DNA of 64,000 nt, taken from an uncultured Actinomycetota bacterium (lineage in GTDB: Bacteria; Actinomycetota; Actinomycetes; Streptosporangiales; Streptosporangiaceae). The stretch's first letter is position 1. Every line of letters begins with the position of its first letter. This document shows, in pieces, positions 62,726-64,000 of the stretch. The notes beneath the pieces were generated by a model, which worked only from the letters and a program-made list of their open reading frames with translations, was not told the origin of the DNA and searched no databases. The stretch lies in NCBI GenBank assembly GCA_963799975.1, contig CAWCZF010000004.1, positions 312,744 through 376,743 of the forward strand. Direction: 5' to 3'. Position numbers and translations under genes: made by a program.

Positions 62726-64000
62726 CTAGTGCGTGACGGCGCCCAGGGCGTCGACGATGCCGTGGCCGTAGAAGCCGTTGTGGTTCTTCGGCCCCTCACA
62801 GGTGTGGGTGGTGGTCACGGTATTGTACGTGCCGTCGGCCTGTTTGACGTGCCGCGTGTACGTGAAGTCGCGCGGGTATCGGGCAGGCGTGCTCGGTCGC
62901 GGTGCCCTCGAGGATCGACTCGACCCGGTCCGGGGACAGGGTCAGGCCGCCGTGGACGCGGTCGCGGTGACCGTACCTGCTGACGATCAGCGCCACCACG
63001 CCCGTCGCGTGCGGTGATGCCATCGACGTGCCCTGCAGGTACTGGTAGTAGCCGCAGAGTCGAGCCCTTGCACGAGCGGACCACGAACGGGACGTTCGGG
63101 GTGCCGTCGGGGTTGAGCTCGCCGTTCGGGCCACGGCCAGCGACTTCGGGTACGCGGCCAGGACGGCCTTGGTCACGTCCGCCTTCCGGTCCGGCCGTGT
63201 CGTACGTGTCGCCGCCCGGGCGCCGCGACCTCGACGTAGCCGTTGCCGTAGTCGGAGTAGTAGGACTTGCGCTCGCTGATGCCCAGGGCCGAGACGGGGA
63301 TGACGTTCTTGCCCTCGCTCGGCTCGGAGATGCAGGACGGCGGGATCGTACGGGGGTACGGCGCCTCGCCCGCCACGGCCGGGTAGTCCGGGCTGGAGGC
63401 GTCAGTGATCGTCTTGGTGTAGTCGGTGGCACCGTTGCCGGCCGCCGACGACCAGGGTGACGCCGTGCCGGTGCGCGTACGCCGAGCGCCCGTTCCGACG
63501 CCTGGATGATCGTCCGCTGCTCGGCCTGGTACTCCGGCGAGTCGGCCGGGTTGTCCGTGCAGTTGAACAGCCACGGGTCGGTGTAGAACGACATGTTGAC
63601 CACGTCGATCCCGTGGTCGGCCGAGTACGTCAGCGCGTCGACCACGGGCTGCAGGAAGAAGAAGCCCGAGTCCTGACCGGCGCGTACGTTGACCAGGCTC
63701 ACGTCCGGCGCGACGCCCGCGATGCCGACGCCGTTCAGCGGCGAGGCGATCGTCGAGGCGACGTGCGTGCCGTGCTCGTTGTCGTCCTCGTCCACCGGGT
63801 CGACGCAGGACGGGTGCTCACACGGGCCGTCGACCTCGTTGCCGTCGGCGTCGACCGGGATGTCCGTGGTGAAGTTACGGCTCAGCGCGCGGTTGAAGTT
63901 GGGCGCGATGTCGGGGTGAGTCCCGTCGACGCCGGTGTCGATGACACCGACGAGCACGCGATGGTCGCCCGGCTCCTTCTTGTACGAGCCGTCCGCCGTC
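62726..64000 (-). pseudogene. secreted S8 (subtilisin-like) serine peptidase; N-terminus beyond the window; at least 3 frame interruptions (about 63450, 63210, 63060, and possibly 62880)
   Basis: VIDTGVDGTHPDI (Asp box), DDNEHGTHVASTIA (His box), ...YYQYLQGTSMASPHATGVVALI (Ser box) lie in different frames. Stop at 62726-62728. Confidence 0.8.

Overview
High-GC actinomycete chromosome segment with three parts. (1) 1-34.2 kb is conserved core. It holds a minus-strand chain of translationally coupled genes (tilS-hpt ... ftsH-folE-(MprF-like)-folP-(NTF2-like)-folB-folK-DUF3180-MmcQ), a Zn-metalloprotease, a PBP4-type DD-peptidase, ppa, an NlpC/P60 hydrolase, an ECF-sigma/ZAS-anti-sigma fusion, pyrD, small regulators and oxidoreductases, a membrane-anchored bulb-lectin protein, a secreted GH92-ricin mannosidase, a PSP1/RicT-like gene and a secreted S33 aminopeptidase. 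(2) A tRNA-Thr(CGU) at 34210-34282 is the insertion site of a 17,779-bp pSAM2-type integrative conjugative element (AICE). The element is bounded by 46-bp direct repeats (34238-34283 and 51971-52016) and has the backbone int-xis-repSA-spd-traB-pra / korSA. Its cargo is the most interesting locus in the window. A Trypco2-like small protein abuts a ~4.4-kb gene encoding an S1-protease-like domain, a STAND-type P-loop NTPase and at least 14 near-identical 46-codon TPR-type repeats. A HEAT-repeat gene follows. The cargo also carries a FolP2-like second DHPS and an orphan 2-TM protein. (3) Right of attR lies a decayed second element (integrase and IS3 fragments), then core genes (SDRs, fructosamine kinase, LMW-PTP, pntAB, S8 peptidase running off the window). 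About 20 genes have interrupted reading frames, including presumably essential ones (tilS, ppa, folP). The shifts are mostly in the direction expected for extra single bases, and they occur in patches between long intact genes. I read this as assembly or basecalling indels. The type 'pseudogene' below therefore means 'frame interrupted as given' unless the call says fragment or remnant. No rRNA genes or CRISPR arrays were found. All homology statements come from reading the translations, not from database searches.
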